NCBI RefSeq assembly: GCF_009914755.1
Contig: NC_060933.1
Strand: one strand, 5' to 3'
Source: the human T2T-CHM13v2.0 reference genome, Homo sapiens
DNA length: 64,000 nucleotides
The notes beneath the pieces were generated by a model. The model was not told the origin of the DNA. It did not search any database and saw only the letters and a list, made by a program, of their open reading frames with translations. Shown here piece after piece: positions 1-12,480 of this stretch (position 1 is the first letter of the stretch; each line of letters starts with the position of its first letter). The translations under genes and the position numbers were made by a program.

Positions 1-267
<267 letters not shown>

Positions 268-3200
268 TTAGATTAAAATATACTCATAAGATAAAATACT
301 GAAATGCATATCTGTTCATTCAATAAATATTTATTGAGTGTACGCTGTGTGCTAAACACCGGGGATAAAATGGAAAACAAAGAAAACAAACAAGTAAGTG
401 AGTATATAAATAACTTAATTTCAGACATGGGAAAAAGTCTAGCATCTCTCAGGAAACCCATTCCAAGCTTCTTCTCAGGCTACCTGCGGGGAGGGATGTT
501 GGCAGGAAGAAAAGAGACCCCTCCCCACTTAGTCCACCCCCTTGCTCTAGAAGATTATTCCTAGATACCACCCCCAACCTCAGGCATTGTTCAGACACTT
601 AAGAAATCCTTAAATTTGCAGCATGTGAATCCTCTGCCAGGCTAAGTAAGGCCAACTTAAATTTTTCTATCATAATACCTTTCTTTGTTCTTCAGAAATG
701 TCAAGAAACCTTATGACCACATGCAAGCTGATGGTAATTAAAAGAAGACACTGTCTTCATCTCCACAACGCCAACTCCTTTTAAAATGTTTACCCAAGAC
801 AAGAGGACATTTCTGTCCATCACCCACTGCACGCTCATCATTTCTTCCCAATTACAGCCACTCTTGGATGTGATCTAGGAAAAAAATCCACATCTATTCA
901 CTGAGTAAAGAGAAGGATTATTCTGGTAGGTGACATCCATTTTTCATGCCTGCCATCTGAAATTCTTACTAACATCCTCAGAAGTAAAAGCCCCATTCGG
1001 GCTCAAAAGGACCCAGGGAAATCAACACTGAAATGAGGATATGGATGGAGGCTGTTCTGGTCATCCTAAAACAGAGAGTAGGTTTTACTGATGGTACACG
1101 TTTATTTACTGAGATACTTATTCCATCATGCTACATTTCTTTTTATCAGGGATTCTTTTCCAACAGCTCAAATTATTTCTGGGTGGGAAGTTACTACGTG
1201 CATAATCTTCAGTTGGGCTGGAAAAGACAACTGGATATTAGTTTGTCCAAAGAGCCCCTCTAAGGTTGATAAAATTAAATGACAGCTACAGGGAGCATCA
1301 TGTACAAAAAAGCAGCAAAAGGGGGTGGTGGAGAGGAATGGTCTTAGAACTTCTCAGCAGTTTTGCCTATACAGGTTATTACTGAATCAGATTTGAGAAC
1401 TATAAGAAGTCACACGGCAGTTTTTGATTAAACTAACATTTACTGTGTAAGAAGTGCCACAGATACAAAACTAAGAAAGACACATTTTTCTTCTGGAGGG
1501 GAAGACATATGAATCAACCAAGCAATACAAAACTGTGTGACATCACTAGAGTAGAGGTACGAAAGTGCTCATGATCTGACCAGCCTCGGGGAATCCCAAG
1601 GAGAATGCACCAGAAGTAGTATAGGACATTAAATGGACACCTAAGTTGCCATCTACCACTCTGTTAATTCCCTTAATTTTCCCCGACATCTGACTTTGTC
1701 CTCTCCATATCCCTACACAAAAAGAACCAAACCACCAAATAACTTTACTGTCATTAAGACATGGCTTCATTATCATCATTCAGTCACCCAACAAATAATT
1801 ATTGAGCACCTACTATGGGCCAGGTGCTGTGATAGCCTGGCTCTCTCACAGGCGAGGTCTGGTGAGCCATTTATCCTGGACCTCATATCCATAAAGGGCT
1901 GATAATATAGATTTTTAATATCATCTCCAAATGATATCCTATATACAGTCACACAGATAAACTTCTAGGATTCAACCTCAAAGCATATCACAATTTTTAT
2001 AATCCTGTATTGCCAATTTTAAAAATATACACCCAAGTCCTCCTACTGCCACCCATGGATATGATCCAGGTCTCTCCTATTCCCTATGAGCATTTAAGAG
2101 AAAGCAAACAAGCCAGTTGTTATACCTTCCCTCACAGAACTTATTGCTTAGTAGAGAGAAAGGTATCAAACAGGACACATACCAAACTGATAACTGTAGT
2201 TGCCGCAGGGGAGGAGAGGAGCATGACATGAGGCTGAGCTGTTAAGCAAAGCTTTCGCTTGCCCTGAAGTGTTTGAATTTTTACCATATGCACATATCCA
2301 CAGTATTCCCTGAATAGTCATTATCAGTTTCTCTATCAGGGTCATCATTAAGAGAAGAGCCAAGAAAGGGACCAGAAGACAAGCTGGCCCCAAATGAGGC
2401 TGACCCCAATGCTGAGGCAGTGAGAATGAGTGAAACATCTAGTTGCCAGAGGTGACTGCGTTTGTCTGAGGATAAAATAGCTGCACACAACCTTGTGATG
2501 ACCATCCTCTGCATGCCCCATGGGAAGTACCGCTAGGCCTGGACACAAGGCTTCCTTTTCCTGGGCTCTCTACTGGGCTCAATCGCCTAATGACCCTACA
2601 AATGGAACAATGTACTTTCAAGAATTGAGTAATATGGATGATCAATGTGTTACTCTCGTCCTGATTCGAAACTTGTCTTTTCATGGAGAGCAATAAATCT
2701 TATCAGTAGATGCCAAATGCCCCTCAGCTGAATCACAGCTATATCGTCTAGACTGAAATGTCTCATCTCCATTTTGCCAAATTCTGCCTTGTCCATTACA
2801 GTTAATCTCATAATCCACATAGACACCACACAATTCCATAAACAACAGAGCAGCCCCTGCTAACCAGCCCTCCCTCTGAGGAAAGCCTGAACATGTATAA
2901 ACGATCTCAAGCCATGCCAGGGAAATAAGAACAGATATCATGGAAACCATGTTAGCATGTCAGTGCATAGCCTACTGATGACAAACTCAGCAGTTATGCC
3001 AGACGAATTTAGGAGTCAAAATGTTTCCTTACACTGTCATTGTTTTCAATTTTCTGATTATATTTTTGAGGTACATTCAATACCTCTGGCTTTACAGAAC
3101 AGAGGTATGACCAGTGACTGATCATTCAATAATGCTTCTAATCAGAGTGATTATATGTGAGTGTACAAGTGTGTGTATGTTTGTGTGTGTCAGTATTATT

Positions 3201-3394
3201 TTGTTTTAGTATGACAGGTGACCTCTTTGCCATGTACACTTGTTACGGGTATGTGCACATGTAAAGCCAGCATAGAGAAATGCAATCAAATGTAACTCTG
3301 CAGGAGGAGGAAGAGTAGCAGAGGAATGGCTCTCTGCAGGGGATGTCACGTCTGAGCTCTGCTGTGAGAGGTCAGTGGGAGCTTGCATGGTGGA

Positions 3395-3528
3395 TAGGGT
3401 TGTCAGATAAAATAAAGACACCCAGTTAAATCTGAATTTCAGAAAAACAATGAATGACTTTTTAGTAGGTATGTCCCAAATATTGCATGAGTGTTCTATA
3501 TTTTTATCTGCTAAGACAGGCAATCCTA
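3395..3528. mobile_element. hAT-family MITE, MER53-like, internally deleted
   Basis: Imperfect TIRs tagggttgtcag / caggcaatccta; 8-bp TSD atggtgga (3387-3394) / atggtggg (3529-3536), typical of hAT elements. Confidence 0.75.
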
Positions 3529-4249
3529 ATGGTGGGAGAAGGACAGATGTGTATGCCAACCATCTTTCCTTCTTTGTCATGAATATTGTCAATATCAGCA
3601 TCTATTAACGTTTACAGAACATGGGGAATGGAGTCCTTGCTCTTGGGGAACCCTAAGAATTACTCCTCCTGCCTAAAACACTCAGAACATGCCTGCTTCT
3701 TCAACCACAGCCTCCTCGAGATCATGCACTACAACTTATTCCTCCTTCTTCAGGACCTAGGCCAGTGACGGAAATGTCATAAACACAAAAGTACATTTTT
3801 AGATAAATGAGAATATAATATGGAATTATAGTAAAGGGAGGAAATTTGGGGTGAGAGGGCTAAAGATGACAAAACTGTGCATGGCTGAAAATACAGGCAA
3901 CTTCAAGACGAATGACAATAGCCAAATGTGCAGCCATCTCCAACACCTATGAGCAGAACTGAACAATCTTTTAGCTTGGTTAGTATCATTGAACTGTCTC
4001 AAACTAGTGAAAAGTATACTAAGCACCACGGGCAATTTCAGGGAAGAGGGGAATGCACTAAATTGGGAGACCAACACTTATACAATTATCTATTTTTTAA
4101 AACCCATGGTTAAGGAGGCCAAGGCATCGTAAAAGCAAAATGGGGAACAAGCAGTTCTAATTGGAACAGTTCAAGAAGTTTTAGGTAGAGAAGTTATATG
4201 AGGTATGTAAAAAGCCATGGCCCTCAGAGAGGCTTTGCACTTTATAGAA

Positions 4250-4270
4250 TGTGTGTGTGTGTGTGTGTGT
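4250..4270. repeat. (GT)n microsatellite
   Basis: Direct read. Confidence 0.9.
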
Positions 4271-4521
4271 AATTATAAGTATATATACATGTATAAACAT
4301 GGCTGCAAGAATAGTATATTCCCACATACTGTGTGTTATTCATATCAACTGATTGGAACTGAGCCTTAGGGAGAATCCACATTTTCTTTCAAAATACTCT
4401 AGAGTAGAAATGTTTAAACAAATAAAGTAGTATTGATCCCATTTCAGATGTATAATAATTTTTCCTTTTTAAATGTATCTTCTTTTAAAAACAGCCTTCT
4501 CTTATTAAATAAGAAATACTT

Positions 4522-4878
<357 letters not shown>

Positions 4879-4984
4879 TTAAAAAATCCAGGTAAATAAA
4901 AATATAAAAATAAAAACCACCCATTATTCTTCCAGTTAGAGATAGTGACTCAAAATTTTTGCATATATATCAAGACATTTTTTC

Positions 4985-5008
4985 ATATATATATATATAT
5001 ATATATAT
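4985..5008. repeat. (AT)n microsatellite
   Basis: Direct read. Confidence 0.9.
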
Positions 5009-6026
5009 GCATATGTCTATATTTAACAAAAGTGGTATCAGCCTCTATATGCAAATATAAGCTTGTTTTTTAAACTACAAAGTGTATCTATCCAAGTGAC
5101 CAAATATATTCCCACACATAATTTTTAGTGCTTACATATATGTTTTCTACTGATGGCTTACTTAACTAAGTATTTATTGCTGAACATTAAAATTGTTTTC
5201 CATTTTTTGCTGTGACAAACTTCCTTACAGCTAAGTCTTTAAGGGCATCATCATTATTTCTGGGGAATCAGTTCCTAGAGGATCAATCGCTGAGTCAAAT
5301 ATTATGTACATTTTTAAGGCTTTTGATCCATATCACCACTTTCCTCTCTAGGAAGGTTGTGTCAATTTATAACGCTATATAAAAGGGCTTGTTTTCTTAA
5401 TGTTTTCCAAATTTGGTCAGCCCAAGAAATCTGCCCATGAAATAAGAATTTATGTAGATGGAACAAATAGAATAATATATATATATATTTTTTTTTCCGT
5501 AAGAAACCTTTCCTAAAAGCCAGGATTTTAAGAAATCCCACTTACCCACAATTAGCCTTTGGTGCAGTCAACTGATTTAGACAAGAACTTTTTAAGCCAA
5601 CTTTTCAATCAAAGTCTGCCATGTTTGTGGAACTGTGGCTATTTAGCATTTTACAATGACTTAATTGCAAATTAATGTATATCTTTTTTTTCTTGAGAAG
5701 ATATAATAAGCTACCTTTTTAAAATGACAATCCATTTTATTTTCCTGGAGAAAAGAATCCATTTGCTTTAACCATAATCAGAGGAAGGTTATTTGGTCAA
5801 ACAAAGTAAAAACCATAAACAATAGATAGCCATCATTACCACAGTAACATTGGTCCAGCTAGGAATTCACTTAGCTAAATGGGTGACTTCCTACTCACAT
5901 ACCTCCTCAGTGCACAACAAACACAGGAGCAAACAAAAGCCTTTACAGAATCCAGAACCACCAGGCAAGAAGATATAATAATCAAGCAATCAAGCAAAAG
6001 TTTAAAAATACTGCCTAAACTGCACC

Positions 6027-6058
<32 letters not shown>

Positions 6059-6513
6059 TGATACTACAAGAGAGAAGTTAATGAGGCAGAAAGATATTCT
6101 CAAATATAAAACCCCCTCCAGGACTTTTAAGAAAGGTATCAGAGGCATATGGAAGGCTAAGTCCAGGATGGATTTAACTGAAGAAAAGGATATTTAGAGA
6201 TTATCAACATTTTCTAATGCAACAGAAAACCAAGCCAACTTAGTCTCCTACTTAGTAAGTGCCAGCTCTATTCTTCATCTTTTTGGAGATCCAGAAAAAT
6301 CAAAAAGAGAAAATATCCAAATATAGAAGCTTAATTTAACAAAATTGGAAAAACCTAAACTATACTGTGCTCTGGTGACCTAGCAATCAAATAATCACAG
6401 TCATTTGGTCAATGTCTATGATTAACTCAATGAGACAGGATGTTTGGCTATAGCACCAGGTACAAAAAATATATTTTCATGAAGGATCACTCCCTCTTAT
6501 GTAATAGATTTGG

Positions 6514-6536
6514 GTGAGTGAGTGAGTGAGTGAGTG
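6514..6536. repeat. (GAGT)n tetranucleotide repeat upstream of IFNK
   Basis: gtgagtgagtgagtgagtgagtg. Confidence 0.85.
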
Positions 6537-6778
6537 CATGGACTCACAGCTTTTGGCTTTCTGAAATACCCTGCATCAGTCTTGTTATGATGATTCCTTA
6601 GTGCTGGGATGGATCATCCAGGCATTTAAGGTAACACGATGGTAATTCTTTGCTCATTTTTCAGGGAAAAAAAAAAGTTATCACTTCCAAAGTCGGCATA
6701 GTCACCCGAAGTAAAAAAAAAAAAAAAAAAAAAAAGCCTCAGAGGCAAAGGAAAGGGGCCGCAACCTTGGTTAACTGT

Positions 6779-6853
6779 GAAATGACGAATGAGAAAACTC
6801 CTCCTGCTGAAGATATTCAGGTATATAAAGGCACATGAAGGAAAACTCAAAAC
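6779..6853 (+). promoter_or_regulatory. IFNK: IFNK core promoter: TATA box (tatataaa 6822-6829) with GAAANN IRF-type half-sites
   Basis: TATA about 75 bp upstream of the ATG; gaaatg, gaaaac, gaaaac motifs flank it. IRF function is inferred from other type I IFN promoters. Confidence 0.6.
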
Positions 6854-6900
6854 ATCATTGTCATATACACATCTTCTGGATTTTTTAGCTTGCAAAAAAA

Positions 6901-7524
6901 ATGAGCACCAAACCTGATATGATTCAAAAGTGTTTGTGGCTTGAGATCCTTATGGGTATATTCATTGCTGGCACCCTATCCCTGGACTGTAACTTACTGA
7001 ACGTTCACCTGAGAAGAGTCACCTGGCAAAATCTGAGACATCTGAGTAGTATGAGCAATTCATTTCCTGTAGAATGTCTACGAGAAAACATAGCTTTTGA
7101 GTTGCCCCAAGAGTTTCTGCAATACACCCAACCTATGAAGAGGGACATCAAGAAGGCCTTCTATGAAATGTCCCTACAGGCCTTCAACATCTTCAGCCAA
7201 CACACCTTCAAATATTGGAAAGAGAGACACCTCAAACAAATCCAAATAGGACTTGATCAGCAAGCAGAGTACCTGAACCAATGCTTGGAGGAAGACGAGA
7301 ATGAAAATGAAGACATGAAAGAAATGAAAGAGAATGAGATGAAACCCTCAGAAGCCAGGGTCCCCCAGCTGAGCAGCCTGGAACTGAGGAGATATTTCCA
7401 CAGGATAGACAATTTCCTGAAAGAAAAGAAATACAGTGACTGTGCCTGGGAGATTGTCCGAGTGGAAATCAGAAGATGTTTGTATTACTTTTACAAATTT
7501 ACAGCTCTATTCAGGAGGAAATAA
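6901..7524 (+). CDS. IFNK: Interferon kappa precursor, 207 aa, whole CDS in exon 1
   Basis: MSTKPDMIQKCLWLEILMGIFIAGTLS signal peptide; type I IFN cysteines C30/C128 and C59/C181; YSDCAWEIVRVEI motif; intact frame. Confidence 0.99.
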   Translation: MSTKPDMIQKCLWLEILMGIFIAGTLSLDCNLLNVHLRRVTWQNLRHLSSMSNSFPVECLRENIAFELPQEFLQYTQPMKRDIKKAFYEMSLQAFNIFSQHTFKYWKERHLKQIQIGLDQQAEYLNQCLEEDENENEDMKEMKENEMKPSEARVPQLSSLELRRYFHRIDNFLKEKKYSDCAWEIVRVEIRRCLYYFYKFTALFRRK

Positions 7525-8570
7525 GGTATATTTTTGGAATTAAAATTCCTTTTCCCTCCGAAATCTCTTTCTCCTTCTCCTCCTCCATCTTCTTTTTAAG
7601 GATTGTTGTGCTGTCCTGTAAGCCTGTCCTCAGTTGGACTGGTAGCCTCGGAACATCAGGGACACTCACCTCTCTAAGGAGAGGTAATGCCAACCATCCT
7701 CAGGGTGACCAAGAGTCTCCTTAGAAAGTCTTTAAGACATTTTTAAAGGAATAAGATTCCCTCTCCGTCTTCTTCTATTCTCTCTTGCTCTTTTCTGTGG
7801 CCATTTTGAAAGAGCTTTGCTATATATACCACCTGTGGACTTCACCAAGACAATGGCTAGAGGATAGGGAGCAGAGAATGTTGCAAAATGGTAACATTTC
7901 AATGACTTAACTGTTTTGCTGCCAAGGTTGCTTATCCTATGAAAATTCAGCACATTAAAAGAGCTTATACATGCTCCCTAGAGTCAATACTCTTGCATTT
8001 TCCCCCTCCTGCTCGGGGGGAAAAAGGTTGACATTTCTGGCCCATTTCCTTCTCAGCTTGGTTTGTTTGAATTGATGCTTGTGGAATGGTATTTCATTAC
8101 TTTAAGAGTGAAGATCCATAGTGAAATTGGATGGATGGTTGAATTAGACGACCATTAAGCTTTCATTTAACCTTTGAGAGTCTGTGATTCTAATGTAGCA
8201 CACTCTTCATTCCTGATGTATATTGTTTGATTCCTACATCTAAAGGCATGGAAAATGCTGTGGAAAAGTATGGTACAGAATCTGTCTTTTACTGTTTTTC
8301 ATGTGCCTGAAATAAAATGTCCAGAGTCATAATATGGAACAATTTTACATTAGATTTTCCTAGTTAGAAGACTACATTCTGTGAGTTAATTTAACTAGCT
8401 ATTCCAATAATACATAATACTTTAATATCTTTTATCTTTTTAAAAGTTACTTTGCAGCCAGACTACCTAGATTATTTACTTTTCTAGCACGGCCCTTCAT
8501 CTATATTAATTCACCACCTAGCTGACATGGATTTTCTCTTCCTCTCGCACCTCTATCTACCCCATTTCAG

Positions 8571-9062
8571 AATCATCTACCTTCAAGCAAGAATTAACAG
8601 AGATTGTGGCTATGCAAATGCACCAAAAAAGGGTGAAATATATCTGAAATGTACCTGGTTCTGCCCTTGGAAGCCATTTCCTGCTCATGCCACTAACAGC
8701 ATGCTGCCAAACTGTTCAGATTCAAGATTATTCCAAGCGCAGGGCCCAAATGTTATAGCCAAAGAAAGTCTTATGATAAAAGTGAGGCAAATTTCAGCCA
8801 AGAAGTTAGAAGAGATGTTTAAAAGAACAAGAACAAATTGTGGATCATGGTATATGCAGGCTATCAGCAGAAGGATCAGACAATAAAATGAGTTAGTGCA
8901 AACCATTTAGTAAAAATAACTATCAGCAGAGTTGTTCCAGATTAAAAATAGTACTACAAGCTTGTAAAGGAGTTAGGACATGCAAGCTACTGAGCATAAA
9001 ATATATACTTGCTATTTTTCATGACTTTCTCTAATAAAGTCTTTGCCTGTTCTCTCTAATAA
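8571..9062 (+). other. IFNK: IFNK exon 2 (3'UTR only); intron 7526-8570
   Basis: Donor TAAG|GTATAT 1 nt after the stop; acceptor cccatttcag| at 8570; AATAAA at 9033-9038; IFNK is known to have a 3'UTR intron. 3' end approximate. Confidence 0.8.
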
Positions 9063-10479
9063 CTTTACTGGAATGATGTCAATTACTTTAGTCATTTATG
9101 GTTGCAGTCCTGCCAAGTGTTTGCTATCCTGGAGGAAAGAGAATGGCTGAGAAAGCCGAGCTGAGCTTTCAGTTAATATACATTTTCTGAATGTGTGGCA
9201 GGGGTAGAAGTCAGAACAGTATGCTTTTTTAAAGATCACATCTAATCAAAAGAAAAAGGATAACATCTCCACTGGAAAAAAGGCAAGGGCACAAACTGAC
9301 ATCATCACAAAGGAAGAAATACTACAGACAATGTGAAAAATGTTTAATCTAACTTGATTTTTAAATGCAAAATAAGATGACAAGATACTCCCATCAGTAT
9401 GACAGAAAAGAAAAAGAATGACAATATAAAATGTGAGTGGAGTGTAAGGTATAGGAGCCTTTGTGCATTACTGGGAGGAAAGTAAACTGGGACATGTTTT
9501 CTACAGGGAAATATGGCAATCTTCAATATCCTAAAGAACGCATCAGCCCCTGTGACCTAGGTATCACGTCTTCCGAAATTTATTCCAAGGAAATAGGTTT
9601 ATGATATCTCCCCCCCTTTTACATTCATTTTCACCATTCGATATTTTCTATTTTTTCCTATAGTGATTTTTTTGGGAAGATTTTTAATTCTAAAAGAAAC
9701 TGTACAAGCTTAACTTCCACTATAATTACCCTGTTTTCCTCAGCGGGGTAGGCCAAGACAAGAAATGCTCTTTTATTTTGTTAATGATGCCTTTGGGTAC
9801 TTCTTGAGTAACTTTGGTCTTTTTTGTTGCTTCTGGGTTGCTGCTGCTAAATTTCAAAGGAATCCTTCCTTGGGGATCATTTTCATAATGAAATGTTTGT
9901 AAAGTGCCTTGCAGTACTTCAAAGATGTTGCTTTTTTTTTCTTTTCCTGGTTCCACCGTTGGGAAGGTAAAGAGATATAATACCCAGAAATCACTAGAGA
10001 AAGTGCTCTATGTGTCGCATTCCTGGCTTAGCAGTCTCACTTCTTTTATGTTAAATGGAAACTCAAAAGTTCTGTTGAGTGCGCAAAGGGAAAACTCTCA
10101 GAGCTGTGCAGAGCCAAGCTTCTGGTATCCACTGACAATGTCTGAGTGGGTACATAGATCATAATGTTCCTACAGAAGCCTCTTTCTTCCCCTGGGTTGA
10201 GGAGGAATCAAAAGTGTAATTGAGCTTCCTTGGAAGAGGGACTCATTGGGGATCCCACAGGAAAAGCTGGCAACAGCAAGTCAACTGCAAGGCTATGGGG
10301 TAGCATAGGTTCTAACAGGTGCACAGTCTCAGTCAGCCTCCCCTCAGAGGCAAGACAACTCGCTGGGCACCATCTGGGGACCCTGACTTCTCAGAGTAGC
10401 TACTTTGCTTTTGCCCCAGTTCTTTAATCAATAATCCACACTAAGAATGAACACAATGTGTAAGCATCTGACTTGTGCA

Positions 10480-12480
10480 GGGAAACAGGGCCGCCTGCAA
10501 CCCAACAAGCGCACCCACAGGGGAACTCGGGACCATCCTAAGCCACTTGTTCTCTGGGACGTGGAAGCAGGAACTGTGCTCTAGCCGTATCTGTGTTGCG
10601 TCGTCTGAGTCCTCTTTTTCTACAATGAAGAAAGGGGACTTGGGATTTAAACTTGGAGCGGTACTCAAAGCCAGAACTCCACGTTCATTCCGGAGTGAAC
10701 CACCACACTACTATTTCCAGGCAACGTCATAAGGCTTCCTCGTTATTTGCATCTTCGTTCTCTTTTTGGCGACTAGCCTGCCCTCCCGCCCTTGGAAACT
10801 TGTGGACCCCAGAATCTCAGCTTTCCGCCTACCAAAGGTGCCCCGATCCCCTCCCACTGCCCTAGCAGCGGCCCAGCCCCAACGCCTTTGGCTAGAGATT
10901 GAAATCCTCTGGAACCAACCACTGGACGCTCTGGATTGGGGCGGAACGCGCTTCCACTGTCTCGAAAGCAGCACCTTCTCGGATTTGCGCCTTTGCGGCG
11001 CGCCTGGGCTGAGATCTGAGAAATGCGCCCTGGGCCACAGGCAGCAGCGGAGGCGGGGAAGGAACAACTTTCCCTCCGCCCTCTAACCACAAGGGCGGGG
11101 TGGGGCGGCCTCGCTGGGGTCGGGCTCCTCCACTTTCCCAGCTGGGATCCCCTGCCGGAGCTGGCGTGGGGGCCGGGGAGGGGGACCAGAGGGGCTTCCT
11201 TCTCTCCCCAAGCCCCGCCAGATGTTGGAAAGGCAAACAATAGGGGAAACGCGGAGAAACAAAAGGCCATTCGCCACGATCTCAGTCGGCTGCGTAGAGA
11301 GATCTCTGTGGGGAGGGTTAGGGGAGAGGGTCAGGAAAGAGCGCGAGGGGGGGATCCCGAGAGATTTAGAGTCTCTGGTACTTGCCAGGCACCAGGGGTC
11401 GGCGCTTTACCCTCCCAGCAGGGGTCTGAAGGTGGGAAGGGGCAATCAAAGAAAAGTTGAAGGGTTTTCACCTTCTTCCCCAGTTCAGGGAAAGGGAGGG
11501 GCTGGGATTCCAGATGTTTGACAGTTGTTGGCCCCAAAGTTAAGCGCGATTTGTACGGCCTTTACACGCTCCCCACCTCCGTGAGGCATCGTCAGCCCCG
11601 GGGGCGACCTGGCTGACGGTGCGGACTTCCCCTACGCTGCCCCAAGCCGAGACTCCTCCCTCAGGATCAGGACGCCCAAGCGTTGTCCCCCAGCCCAGGC
11701 GCACTTTTGTAAAAGTTTGTCTTCCCGCCACCCACAGCCCAACACGCACCCTGCAGGCGTCCGCGGCTGGGGATGGGCTCGGAGTCTTGCACCCCGAAAG
11801 AAGGACGATCTTATTGATTTATATCTTTTCAAATCAAGGACAAATCAAGATCCCGGGGTGGAAAGTGGGCGACCCTTGTTCCTGCCGGGAAGTGCACACG
11901 AGGAGCCGGCCAGAAACCCAGGCGCCGGCAGGGGTCTGAAGAGGACTCCAGCCCCGGAAGCCCGTGGCCGGCGGGCAGAAGACCGGTCCGCCGCCTCCCG
12001 CACCTTCTTGCACCCGCGCCCAGGTGCGCCCCAAACCTCGCCGCCCGCCCGGGCGAGATCGGGAGCGAGCAGCCACCGGGCTGCGCCGCCTCCCCTAGCT
12101 TGGAGCGGGTTCTTACTCACCGTGGGGTTTTACCTCCAGCCCAGGGCCCGGTCGGCTCCCTTCGCCGGGTCAGCTGCAGCCAGCGCGAAAGAAAATGGTG
12201 AGCTCGGGGCAGGTGGGGCGTCGCTTGCCAATCCACGCAAGGGACTCTGCCGCCGGTGCGCGAGGTCCCGGCGAGCCAACCGGCGGACGGGCGAGCGCCT
12301 GGCTCCAGCTGCAGCCGCCGTCGCTCCGGAGCAGCCCCCTCATGCACCCAGCGCGCCGCGCAGCCGGCCGGGGCTCGACTGTCTCGCGGGGACGCCGAGC
12401 GGGGACCCCTGGCGGCCGCCTGCGGTATGGCAGCACCGTGGAGAGAAAAGTCGTCTTTGGGATCATCTTCCCTCCGGAAA
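10480..12480. promoter_or_regulatory. MOB3B: CpG island / MOB3B promoter and first-intron region
   Basis: High GC and CpG density against an AT-rich background; GC boxes; boundaries approximate. Confidence 0.85.
12121..12380 (-). other. MOB3B: MOB3B non-coding exon 1; the rest of the gene runs off the left edge
   Basis: Strong minus-strand donor CCACG|GTGAGTAAG at 12121/12120 within the CpG island; known gene order MOB3B(IFNK)-C9orf72. TSS approximate. Confidence 0.75.

Noticed and set aside
3461-3479. miR-1302-like sequence (ttgggacatacctactaaa on -) in the MER53-like MITE
   Set aside because: The opposite arm of the MER53 palindrome is missing in this copy, so no pre-miRNA hairpin can form
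8527-8886. 119-aa ORF overlapping IFNK exon 2
   Set aside because: Its ATG lies in the intron upstream of the 8571 acceptor; no recognisable homology
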